A DNA stretch of 63,979 nt, counting the filler, from Octopus bimaculoides (Eukaryota), in assembly GCF_001194135.2 (NCBI RefSeq). It is 7 parts of 7 records of this genome, joined end to end, with 100 filler letters (N's around TTAATTAATTAA, not from the genome) between each part and the next. Parts side by side here need not be neighbours in the genome. Positions count along the whole stretch, not along the records: positions 48,504 to 57,813 come from NC_069006.1; positions 57,914 to 62,680 come from NC_068982.1; positions 62,781 to 63,979 come from NW_026352029.1; 4 more parts are not named here. The stretch is one strand, 5' to 3'. The notes under the pieces were generated by a model, which had not been told where the DNA came from, searched no databases, and saw only the letters and a program-made list of their open reading frames with translations. Position numbers and translations under genes: made by a program. Of the stretch, positions 51,824 through 63,979 are shown one piece after another (position 1 is the first letter of the stretch; each line of letters begins with the position of its first letter).

Positions 51824-51961
51824 TTTTTGTTATATTTCTGCTGCTTTTAAATAAAGCATGTTACTCTACCTCTGGTATTTGAGTAATCTTTTTTTCCACC
51901 TTGTTGCACATTTATGTGCTTACTCCAGTGTATATATATATGTGTGTGTGTGTATCTATTA

Positions 51962-52085
51962 TTTAACAAGAATATTATTGGCAGTGACTTCGAAGTTTCA
52001 GCTAGCTAAGCCAATATTAACTTACCTAATGATGGCTTAGTTGACTGAAACTTTGAAGTCACTTGTCAGTACTATTCTTGTTAAA
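51962..52085 (+). ncRNA. Candidate long hairpin RNA (58-bp stem, 7-nt loop)
   Basis: 51962-52019 pairs with 52027-52085: 49 Watson-Crick, 6 G-U, 3 mismatches, 1 bulge. Confidence 0.45.
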
Positions 52086-52172
52086 GAATAAATTTGTACT
52101 CTACCAAATGTTTTGAGTACTCCTTCAATTTAATGTAAAACTGTTTTTATTATATCATAAAAGCAAACATTA

Positions 52173-52204
<32 letters not shown>

Positions 52205-52799
52205 TAGTGTCTAAATATGGCTTTAGCCAGCTGGGTGGCAAGCAGAAAAGTGTATAAATGTGTATGTGCGCGTTTGCTTTCTGTGCTTCATATAGTCTCT
52301 CTGCTGGAAACTTTTCTCTTTGCATTTTTTTTTGCTCATAGAGAAATGTAGGCATGTTTGGGGGAAGTTAGGTGGAATAATGACAAAACCATCGACAGAT
52401 CTGTCATCGACTCAAATTTTGATGACAAAACTTCTTTTTCTCAAGAGATGACTTATGTGCCTGTGCTTGTATATATTAAATGGTCTGTGTGTGTGTGTGT
52501 ATATGTTTGTTATGAAGACATAAATAACTGCTATAGGAAATTCAACATAGAAATATATTGAATGTCAATGTAAGGTTACAGAGCTGAATGAAAGTTTCAG
52601 CTGAAATGGTAACACTAATTATGATATACATTAATTAGTCAGTGACAGGGTGCCTCAGTTTGTGTGTACAAGAGACAGGATTGCAATAAATGTTAAAAGG
52701 ATGGTGGTGGTGGTGGTAATAGTCGTGGTAGTCTAGTGGTAGGGGGTGGAAATATTTACCCCCCCCCCCCGCAAAAAACCTTTTTCCTTTTTTACAAAC

Positions 52800-53194
52800 T
52801 TACTCTGAGAATCCCTGATTCTTTTGATATGAATTTTTTTTTTTTAAGTATATTCAAAATATCCGCTAGAAGTTCCCTATCAGAATTCTATGTAAGAACT
52901 CAGTTTCCAAACACCAGCTTGATAATGTATAGCTTGGTCATTCTACTGGGTGTCCACAAGTTCTGGGTACATGGAGTAAATAAAATCATAACAAACAATT
53001 AAATATAAGAAATAATAATTTCTTAAAGTATGTGTTAATCCCCATGTACCCAGACTTTGTGGATACCCTGTATAACGAAATTCTTCTGATATCTTGACTT
53101 ATTTTTCTTCTTTCTTTCGTTTTTTTTTTAGTAACAATTAATCGAATTACATAGGGTGTGTATTTTGATAGAAATATGGCTATAGAAGGGTTAA
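52800..53194 (-). mobile_element. piggyBac-type MITE fragment with a nested 129-bp Tc1-type MITE (52944-53072)
   Basis: Terminus AGGG-TTAA at 53187-53194. The nested element has TA-flanked TIRs C(A/T)GGGT(G/A)TCCACAA..TCTGGGTACATGG at both ends. Confidence 0.55.
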
Positions 53195-54012
53195 CAATAC
53201 CACAGTAGTTCATCAATATCGATCAGTTCTTAGAATAAGAAAGAAGTTCTTTGTGTATATTGTGCAATTAGATAAATTTTTATGTATATAAGAGCATCAA
53301 GGGTGTCTATGTGTGTGTCCACATATACGGACATGTTACATATATTTCCCACATGTATGACCATGCATACATTTTGGAAGACAACTATTTGAGCAAACCT
53401 ATTAGTTCTAGTGTATGCATGTATATATAAGCATTGTTTTTCATATATATATAGTTTACACACGTACACACACCTATACACACAGAAATCTGCTTTACAA
53501 TAATAATAACAGCAATATTTTGAGTCTTTTGTACACTCTGGTGATAAGACTGCTGGTTAATCTTTGATGTAAAACTTCAAAGACATACAACAAAGCTGTT
53601 TAAAGAAAATATTGTAAACGGAAAAAAAAACAAACTAAGAAGGAAGAACAAAAATAAAAAAATATAAAGGAGATATTCATTCATAATACTATAAATGATT
53701 TTAGATTTTTGGGAAATGTTCCCAAAATATTGGCCTTATCAAATACAAATAGAAAAAGGACAAGAACAATAAAGAAACTAACAAACAAACAAAAAACAAC
53801 ACCGTGGTTATAGTACAAAAGGAAGGCGAAATGAAAGAGATGTAAAGAAAACACAAGGAAAGAAGACTACTACGACCACTACTACTACTGCTTGTTATGA
53901 AAGGCATGAATGCTTCAAATTATGTTTTATCTCAGAATATTTTCATACCGTTTTTTTACTGATGCCCACCTAACCTGCTGTTTAATACATGTATTGTTGT
54001 TGTGTGTGTATG

Positions 54013-54056
<44 letters not shown>

Positions 54057-54303
54057 GGGTGAATGTGGTTAAGAATTTTCTTTTGTGATAATGAGCTCCC
54101 TGGTATGGAACCACTCTGGTGTTATCTGCAGCATCTCAAGCATATGCACCCTTGATGCAATCATCAGCTTGGTGATTACATTAAGGGTACATATGTGTGG
54201 AGTACTCAGCCACTTACAGCATTGGATGATGTGGAAGAAATATGATGCATTTGCTGTTATGTATGAGTGTTTGTGTATATATGTGTGTATATATATATAT
54301 ATA

Positions 54304-54412
54304 TATTATACTTTTGTGAGAAAAGTGTTGACAATGACATCAAAGTTTGTTTGCTTGCCAAAAACTTTGAAGTCACTATCTTCATCTTTTGCGTTCCTGT
54401 AAAAGTATAATA
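54304..54412 (+). other. Imperfect palindrome related to the 51962 hairpin
   Basis: Termini TATTATACTTTT/AAAAGTATAATA; inner stem TGACATCAAAGTTT/AAACTTTGAAGTCA; shares AAACTTTGAAGTCACT exactly with 52048-52063. Confidence 0.4.
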
Positions 54413-57036
54413 AATATTTACTCTACAAAAGGTATTGAGTGCTACTTCAGTTTAACGTTAAATTGTTTTTATTATAACTAAACATGAAAACACCCATATG
54501 TATATATGTATATATACACATACATATAAGTATGTATAATATCTATATATATGCATAATATATATATTGTGTGTGCGTGTGTGTATACTTGTTCTTGTTT
54601 TATCTTGTTAAAATGCCTAACAACCCCTATCTGACTACAGATTGTGGTTGAATAGTGGCTGTTGTTTGGAAAACATAGGGATGCATACTAGTCATAATAA
54701 CAGTTGTTCTATTCATAAGTTCTCTGCAATTTATGGATAAAATATACAAGAATTTGTTTAAAAAATAAATTATACAAAATAATTACTTTCTTACTGACTC
54801 CAGTTCAAATCTTGGTTGCATTAATTTTGCCTTTCATCCATTGAAAAACAACAATATGAACAAATTGAAATGTTGTTGTTCACAGATGTATCGGAGAAGG
54901 GATAGTGTATAACTAAACAACTCAACACCTACTTTGTCTAAATTTGATCTTTAGACGTAATATTATGAGAGTTGTCAGGGAGACAGAAGAGAAAAGAAAT
55001 ACTGAAGTAAAACAGACTAAAAAACCCCACAGTAAACTACTGTGTTTAAAAAAACTTCAGCAATCAGTGGCACTGTAAATAATATATAGTATTCATGTAA
55101 AGACATGACAGTGTTTTTAACTCTTTAGTAGTCTTCGACTGATGAACAGTAAAGAAGTTAATGTAAAAAAAAGAGACAGCAAAAGCTAACTAGCCTGATA
55201 ATGTTATTGTGGATCAGAGATTTAACCATGGATTATCATTAGATCTAATTATGCAACAGAGACTAATGTTGTATAAATGAATGTCCTGAAGTCGGAAGAC
55301 ATGTAGTAAATGAATACTGACAAAGAATCGATTCCACATGTGTGTGTATATAAATATATATTATTTATATGCATATAATATTTATATGCATATAGTATTT
55401 ATATGCATCTATAATATTGTTTATATACATATTTAACTATATGTATATATTGTTTATATATATATATATTATTGCTATACAAACACATGCATAAACATAT
55501 TTATACGTATATGCACACAGGCAAATATACACAAACACATAAATGTATGTCCCCAATTATACAGCTGGGCTCATGTAAGCCTAGCTGTAAGGAATCAGTC
55601 AATATGGAGTAAAATCAAATATTCTTGTAAGAAAATATAATTAGGGGCAAATTTACCTTTTTTTTTAATCATTATCAAAGTATGGCAAATACCCTAATAT
55701 TTGGTGCATTTAAGAAAAATAAAACAATTAAAAAAAAGACAAAAAAGTAAAACAATTGAAACTAACATAAAATGGGTATTTCTAAATACGAATATAGTTG
55801 AATATGATGCTCTATTATGATGGAGTTATTGTTTCTAAAAAGTTTGCGTTTATCTGTGTGCATGTAGGAGAATGACTGTGTGCATGGATGAATACCTTCA
55901 CATGCAGATGCATGTGGGGGAAAATAAAGTTTCGTGTACATGCTTACTTTTTTTTTTTTTTTTTTTGTGATATCATGATTTCTTGAAGAAAAGTGGCCTG
56001 AAACATAAAATATTAATAAAAAAAATATTTAAAATATATCAAAAAAAAATACAAAAAAAAAGATATTTTTCTTTATAATTTTTTATTTTTAATTTAAAAT
56101 TTTTTTTTACTAATTATGATACTGAAATTAATTTTGGCCGCATTTGTCTAAGTGACTAAAAAAAAAACAACCATAAAGCGATGTTTAAATCGTTTGAAAT
56201 TTTGTGTGGGGAAATGGGGAAAATGGAATCCCACAATAGCCTTAAATTAGCACCTCTTGGACTGGGGGGGAAAAACATTTTTTAATTTTTTTTTATATAT
56301 TCAACCTTAATCATTAAACGATTATTCCACAACAAAAAAAAATGAAAAAATTAAAAATAAACTTTAAAAAGTATTAAAAAAAAATTTTAAATATAAAAAA
56401 AACAACAAAAAGATGTAAACCGATTTTAAAAATGTTAACACAAACCTATCCCCCCCCCCTTGCGAACAAAAAGAAAAATATTAATTCAACAAGTATAAAT
56501 AAACGCTATCTTTTGTTATCAATGTGTTTATACATATATATATATACATACATACACATATATATGTGCGTGTATGTAAATATATATATATATATACACA
56601 CATGAAGGTGGTACTTAAATATGGCCTTATCAGTGATGGCTAAAGAACTAAAGAAAAACCCAACATACATGTTATATATATATATATATATACACACACA
56701 TATATATATATATATAAAGATATATGTACTAGTTAAAAGGAGAAAAAATATGGAAAAGTAGAAAAATAGCAACTGAGAACTAAAACAAAGATGAAGAAAA
56801 AATATATGAAATAAAATAATTACAAATATATACGCTACACACACACACATATATATATATATGTATGCATACATGAATATATATATATATAAAACAAAAA
56901 AATGTGAGAAAACAAGGGCAAATAACGTCAAAGTCATAAATGCATACATACTTATATATAATATATATACGCATATACATAAATATTCACGTTATATATA
57001 CATGCATACAAAAATATACCATTGTGTGTGTGTATC

Positions 57037-57068
<32 letters not shown>

Positions 57069-57144
57069 CATATACATACACATTTGACTATATGTATATA
57101 TATATATATATGTGTGTGTGTGTGCATATACATGCACATTTGTC

Positions 57145-57176
<32 letters not shown>

Positions 57177-57396
57177 CGTGTGTATGTGTGTGTGTGCATA
57201 TGTATATAGAATTATATAGATATGGAATATTTAGATGAGCTGAAATGATAATAGCAAAGACAAGAAACACAGAAGACAAAAGCAACAGCAAAAAACAACA
57301 AAATGTTTCTATTGAAGTAGTGATGTATATTTTGCAGTTAACTTGTAGTTGTTTTAGTTGAAGTTTGAATGTGTGTGTGTGTGTGTGTGTTTGCAT

Positions 57397-57430
<34 letters not shown>

Positions 57431-57634
57431 TTATGTGTGTGTGTGTGTGTGTGTGTGTACCTGTATGAATGTATTGCTTTTTTTTTTATTACACTTCGAA
57501 ATATGTATAAAAATGACTTAATACTATGACATGTACTAAATAGTTATTTCACTACCAATGATGGTTTGAGCTAGTGAAGGTTTATGTGTTTTGTACATAT
57601 ATGTATGTGTATATTTATGTACATATGTGCATTT

Positions 57635-57675
<41 letters not shown>

Positions 57676-57766
57676 TCAGACATACAAATATATGTAAATG
57701 TATCTATGTGTTTTGTACATATATGTATGTGTATATTTATATATATTTATGTACATATGTGCATTT

Positions 57767-57813
<47 letters not shown>

Positions 57814-57913
57814 NNNNNNNNNNNNNNNNNNNNNNNNNNNNNNNNNNNNNNNNNNNNTTAATTAATTAANNNNNNNNNNNNNNNNNNNNNNNNNNNNNNN
57901 NNNNNNNNNNNNN

Positions 57914-57940
57914 GTGTATAAATATATATGTATGTATATG

Positions 57941-57975
<35 letters not shown>

Positions 57976-58000
57976 GTATATATATGTATATATGTATATG

Positions 58001-58035
<35 letters not shown>

Positions 58036-58124
58036 GTATATATATGTATATATGTATGTATATATGTCTATATATATATATCTATATATGTATATATATA
58101 TGTATGTATATGTATATATGTATA

Positions 58125-58173
<49 letters not shown>

Positions 58174-58344
58174 GTATATGTATATATGTATATGTATATA
58201 TGTATATATATATGTATATGTATATATATACATATATATATATATTTATATGCATATATATATATATGTATATATATATATATGTATATGTGTATATATA
58301 AATGTATATATGTGTGCATATATATGTCTGTATATATATGTATG

Positions 58345-58396
<52 letters not shown>

Positions 58397-58400
58397 GATG
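57914..58400. repeat. Long compound (TA/TATG/TG)n microsatellite
   Basis: Directly visible; source of many YIYI/MYVC pseudo-ORFs. Confidence 0.95.
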
Positions 58401-59057
58401 TATGTATATATATAAATCTCGTGAGAGAGAAGGCCATGATAAAACAATCATTTCGCATAGATAAATTTAAAATAGTGATTTTGCAACACTCATGTCATTC
58501 ATTAGTCTATGATAAAAATATTCTGATTTTCTTTTAATCTTTTATAGATTTTGAAAATTTAATTTCATGACAACTGCATCGCTTTTGGTTTCTTTCTTTT
58601 TTTCATTTTTATCCGATTTGTTGTTTGAGAGAAATAAACTTGTACGAACGTATGATTATTTCTATAGCATGACGTTTAATTTTTCCCCAAAATTTCTCGT
58701 TGTTTATTTTGTTATTACCATCGACACTACTATCGTCATTGTCATTGTGATTCTCATTGTTGTCGTCGTCGTTAATTTAGTGGTTGTTGTTCTTGTTGTT
58801 ATATCATAAAATATGAAATGTGTTGCATTCTCGATGCACTTTCTGCAACTATTGTCATAGAAATTGTTTCTTCACGCATTAATGTACTCTGTTTCTTTCG
58901 ATTTTCTTTGGGGTTTTTTACGTCCAATTTGTATTTACACTTGCTGCTCGTGTTAGTATTATCTTATTTCTTTTCATATTGCTGAGTTGTTTTCATTATT
59001 GTCTTTCATCAGAACTGAATATATATATAATTACCAGATTTCACATCGTTTGCACAA

Positions 59058-59133
<76 letters not shown>
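59058..59133. repeat. (AGT)n microsatellite
   Basis: About 25 perfect units. Confidence 0.95.
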
Positions 59134-59135
<2 letters not shown>

Positions 59136-59510
59136 AGAAGTTATTGGTGTAAATGATATTATAAACTAATTGATCATAAAAGAGTTAATCGGAGGTTTAT
59201 TAGGATCAATAAATGCAAGTATAAAATTAGCAAACGAAATATATTTTTAAAAATTGTAATACGAAAACATGCAGACAAATATCAGTTATAATGGCATAAA
59301 AACAGTGAGCAATACACGAAAAATTCATTATAATGTTTGCTACACGAAACGTTCGTTAATAAATGGGTAGATAAAAAGATGAATTTAGACATGCAAAATG
59401 CGTGTGTATGTGTGTGTGCGCGCATGTGTGTGTCTGTGTATCTGTAAATACATAGATACATATATGTATATGTATGTATGTATATATATATATGTATATA
59501 TATATATGTG

Positions 59511-59545
<35 letters not shown>

Positions 59546-62088
59546 NNNNNNNNNNNNNNNNNNNNNNNNNNNNNNNNNNNNNNNNNNNNNNNNNNNNNNN
59601 NNNNNNNNNNNNNNNNNNNNNNNNNNNNNNNNNNNNNNNNNNNNNNNNNNNNNNNNNNNNNNNNNNNNNNNNNNNATAAATTGAGGTCACTAAGGAATAA
59701 ATTATTTTATGAACTTCATAAGATAATTGTTTATTCTTTTGTCATCTCCATTTTTTTATTGCCCCTCCGCACTCTACTAAGGCTTCGTTCTGAAGCATAT
59801 GTATATTGAGTTCTACACCAAGCTAATAGTGTCGCAATACCTACGCGAAATTGTAATATATATAGATATATAGATATATTCTCGAAACGTCCAGTTTCCA
59901 TACAATATATATTCTGCACCAAGTTATTGAGCACTCTCCTTTTCTTTGATACAATTAAACGTTCTGTAGTTTTCTATATGTGTGGAGGGGTGTGTATGAT
60001 GAGCTTGTCCTAGACTTACACGTAACATGTGAGCAAATTACAGGATAAGATGTAGACTCGCAATGTAACCAGTGGAAGAACTATATCTTTAATGGTGAAT
60101 ATATGGATTTTGGAACGTAAGTGTATGGTATCTGACGAAAATACTTACGCATCGGCCTTAGTTCAACAAATCCTTTTCAAAGTGCCATTCAAGCAACCAA
60201 TTAAGCAAGTTATCAACCAATCACACCTTAAACGTCATATGGACTTATAGCCTGTGAAGACCAAAATATATATGCATCAGCAAAACTAAATCTCATGAGA
60301 TAAGGAAGTTCAAAAGTTCGCTTAATAGAGCTTCACTAAATTCATTTTACAGAAAGATCAAATGCAACAAGTGACTTGGAATCTTTGAGCGATATGTGTT
60401 CTTTGAACCATATTTCATCGTCAAAACATTCACCATTAAACCAAAAAATACTAACATTAAACCAAATAAAACTATGATTTTGTTTGTATAAAAATTATGA
60501 AATCAATTGGTTTCAACCAGAATTTGGACCCTTTATATGCCTGATTCTGAAAAGAACCTAATGAACTCGAAATCTGTCAAGATTACTGGCTTAATAATTT
60601 TTCATAGACCTCAGTACATATTCGAAATATTTACTGATATTGTTTTAAATATGGTCGTGTTATAATTAATTGGGCGTTGGACACATCGCTTTTGTTAAAT
60701 TCTTTTCCGTTTTCAGTTCAAAATGCACATTGTTGACTCTGTTTTGCAGCCTTCTTCAATAAAATAGCTACCTTTGATGCAATATGATCGATTAAATTGA
60801 CTGTGCTCCACAGACGAACTTTCTGACCTTATTTCTACGTTAAAAAAATAATAAATTTAAGCATTAACGCTCTGGAGTGGCAAAACGACAGCCTGCCAAA
60901 CTAAATGAAAAAATCAGTTACATACGTCCTTTAAAGTTCTGACTTTATATTTTGTCGCTGTTGATTTTTTATGTCATCATCTTGTGTTCAATAAAATAAA
61001 TATCAGTAATGTAACTACGAAGATACAATCGGCTGCATTTCACTTGTACAATTTTATAGCTTTATTCCAAATGCTGGAAATCATTATTATTCTTATCAGT
61101 ATGATAATGGTGCAATAAAGTTTACAGACAACGTGATGTCATGCCTAGTCGTATTTACATTCGTCTTTCAATCTTCTGAGCTCAATTCTTATCGTAGTCT
61201 ACATAACATTTCAGCTCACCTAGCAAACTAACAGTTGTGTGTATGGACAATGCCGTATTATTCTTCAATAAAATGTGTGGTTGCACACCGAAATAGTGAA
61301 ATCATTAAAGTTCTCAGTGCTGAAGTATCTGTGCCAAACCAAACACTGAATGTTTTGATTGTGCATATAGCATATTCTACAAGAATATTTTCTATAAATA
61401 TCACTTATTAAAATAATATTGCATTGCTATTGATATATTACTGTTTACTCCCTAGAGTTTTCAGCCCGAAACATTTTAAGTTATCTTCAGCTTTCTGTGT
61501 TAATGTCAAATGTTTTCAATATATTTTGTAAAACTGTTACTGTCGTCATATAGCCTCAGGTCATACTAAATCCAACTCTTGACCCTCACATCGTTTTATT
61601 ATTATTTTGCATTCAATCTAAGGTTTCAGTATCCCATATATCCTTCCATTTTTCATGACAGAAGGATGCAAATTCGGAAAATTACAGCTGTTTCTAGTAG
61701 GTGTCCGACCAAGTAGTATCTCCCTGATTTGATCTGTATTACAATTCACTTATTCATCGATAACTATAAACCAATTGTGGTGTTGCAAGAGTTATACATA
61801 TATATCGTCTAGGATACCATAAGTCAGAAAAAATAGGCATTCATATGTCTGAGACTAGAGTATATATATCAATTATTCAAGCAATACAATATACTTTTAT
61901 AGTCCTATTTCAATCTATCTTACTAATCGGTTAGGTACATAAGAGACTGGTAAAGGTAACGTCGGCTGCATCAATAAAGTTACAGCTTTCCCAACCAGAC
62001 CTTCAGATTACTGCCAAGATTGGTTTTCCAAAAGTCTAGTGTAAGACATCGTTCATTATAATGTTGAGATGTGATTAGAAGACTGTAT

Positions 62089-62172
<84 letters not shown>

Positions 62173-63342
62173 AATGAAACGTTCAAACACTGAGATTTGA
62201 AGTTAGATGTCACTACTCATCATATCATCTGTGGATAAATTCTAAATTTGATGATATCACCAGTAGTGGCATGGGTGGAACGCAGTTATAATAGCTTTAG
62301 GCAGCTATGAATTATAAATTTGCACGAAGCGTAATGATGCTTAATAAGCATTTACCTGCTAGAAATAAGAGCTAAATCTTAAATTAATCCACCGTAGCGC
62401 ACCAATATAACAGAGAAAAACAGTATGCGAACATACACAAACATGCTGACAAGGGGATATGTAAACATATATATATTTATATATATATGAATTCATGTAT
62501 ATCTGTCGGGGGTATCTATATATATTTGATATATAAGTGTGTGTTCACAGTGCAAGAAAAGTAGAGACGAAATTGGAGAGTTATATTAGTTATGTAGATG
62601 TATTTTAAATTTGCTTAGATTTAAGCACACACCCATCATAAGTACAATTTAATCGCACACGTCCATGTACTTTATATATANNNNNNNNNNNNNNNNNNNN
62701 NNNNNNNNNNNNNNNNNNNNNNNNTTAATTAATTAANNNNNNNNNNNNNNNNNNNNNNNNNNNNNNNNNNNNNNNNNNNNCATTCCAATTCAATATTTAG
62801 TTCTTCTCCTCCTCTTCTTCTTCTTCTTCTTCTACTTCTCTTCCTCCTCCTTCTTCTCTTGCTTCTTTTCCCCCCCTCTTCTCTCGCTCCTATTTATTTT
62901 CCTTCTTTTATTTTCATCCATTTCCACATATTTTCACTTCTTCACATTATTTTACGCATTTTACTTCTGCTTCATAATCGTCGTCACCCTCTTCTACGTT
63001 TTCTACTCATCCTTTTGATTTTTAGCTTATTTTAGATTACATCCCTCATCATCGTCTGTTAATCATTTGCTTCTTGTTATTGTTGTTTTTCTTCTGTCGT
63101 TGTGTTTCCCTCAGCCTTCTCTTTGTTCTCCGTCTACTTCAACCCTACCTGCCCTTCTACGACTTTTCTTTTTATTCTGCTCCTCTTACTTCACTGTCTT
63201 CCTCCAAATTTTAAACGTTTTTCAGTCTGCCGTTTCTAATTTCTATCACATCACGTTTCTCCTGAATTCTGCTTGTTCTTGTTTTCATCAAGAGTCAGTC
63301 CCTTGCAAATAATATTAACTCAATTATATTATTTTTTTATAG

Positions 63343-63414
63343 GCATTTGGGTGCTAATAATCTCAAAGAAATCACAGTAGAAACATTCCGAAACCTTTCC
63401 AGTTTAACAGAACT
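63343..63414 (+). CDS. Internal 72-bp leucine-rich-repeat exon (phase 2-2) of an extracellular LRR protein such as an LGR/GRL101-, Toll- or Slit-type receptor
   Basis: Acceptor TTTTTTTATAG, donor CT|GTAAGT, exactly 72 nt. Translation xHLGANNLKEITVETFRNLSSLTEL fits the 24-aa LxLxxNxLxxLxxxxFxxLxxLxxL unit. Confidence 0.85.
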
Positions 63415-63519
63415 GTAAGTTGAATAATACATTTTTTGATTACTTCATTGGCTACTAGAAACGTAACAAGCCATTCTTTGACTGTGAGGAGTACAGGAGT
63501 CGGATTCGGCAATTAGTTA

Positions 63520-63979
63520 TGAGGGCATTAACCGGTGCCATTATTAATAACAAATGGTGCTTTGCCCTCAAAAGCTCCATCAAATTTTAGTTTGTTAGCT
63601 TTATTAAAGAGGTAGCAAGTAAGAAGAATGGAATAGAAAGGGATCTAGTTAAGGCACAAGATGAGGCGTTGGGGACTGGCAATGCGTCCCAAGTGGTGGC
63701 TGCGATATTGGGGTTAAATCAACATATCGAGGCTAAACACGAGGGATGCCTTGTGAGATCTTGGCTCTGTGCAATGAGACGAGAGGGAATCAACGCTATC
63801 TGATGGGCCCGAGTGGTAGAGGCTCAACGTGGCAACGATGTCACAATCAGGTCTTTGACGGATGAACATGATGAGCGTACGATAAACGAACCCGAGGAGA
63901 TGTTTAAGATTTTTCACGAGCATTTCACCCAGCTATTCGGGAGAGGCGGTGGGCCGGAGTGCAGGAAGGATCTCACGGA
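63520..63979 (+). mobile_element. L1/Tx1-clade LINE ORF2 fragment (EN-RT linker), intronic; runs off the window
   Basis: NKWCFALKSSIK..EGCLVRSW..MRREG..VEAQRGNDVTIRSL..INEPEEMFKIFHEHFTQLF fits the Tx1 G.LIRSR..W.E.GE...E..R...I..L...F..FY..LY pattern; two in-frame stops. Confidence 0.65.

Noticed and set aside
54312-54396. Minus-strand 85-nt open segment with AG/GT ends (NAKDEDSDFKVFGKQTNFDV...)
   Set aside because: Coincides with the palindrome 54304-54412, whose symmetry creates the apparent splice sites; no homology recognised.
61071-61098. ATG CTG GAA ATC ATT ATT ATT CTT ATC A|GTATGA as a possible signal-peptide exon of the LRR gene
   Set aside because: The hydrophobicity comes from an (ATT)n run and its phase-1 end does not join the phase-2 LRR exon directly; speculative.

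Overview
Eukaryotic, AT-rich, microsatellite-saturated genomic DNA with many N gaps. The tRNA-derived SINE families, Penelope, R4/Dong, RTE and Tx1 LINE relics and TTAGGG-type repeats point to an octopus or other coleoid cephalopod draft assembly (inference). Almost every entry in the ORF track is a microsatellite or gap artefact. The only well-supported host coding sequence is one 72-bp LRR exon (63343-63414, +), so much of the window may be intronic to, or upstream of, an LRR-receptor-type gene. The rest is a transposon graveyard: Tc1 and maT transposase pseudogenes, MITEs, a candidate solo LTR, LINE fragments (two with inversion structures) and more than 20 SINE copies. The main unexplained structure is RNA-level. 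(i) Eight type I hammerhead-ribozyme-like motifs from about five repeat families, one fully canonical at 35797-35880 (-). (ii) A ~352-bp tandem unit at 43498-44165 (-) in which each copy carries a decayed hammerhead inside a long rod-like stem, the architecture of a retrozyme (circRNA-producing non-autonomous retroelement). (iii) Long, G-U-biased hairpins at 51.7-54.4 kb (+) that look like a miRNA/hairpin-RNA cluster. No rRNA, true tRNA gene or CRISPR array was seen. All alignments and folds were done by eye; repeat boundaries are approximate.
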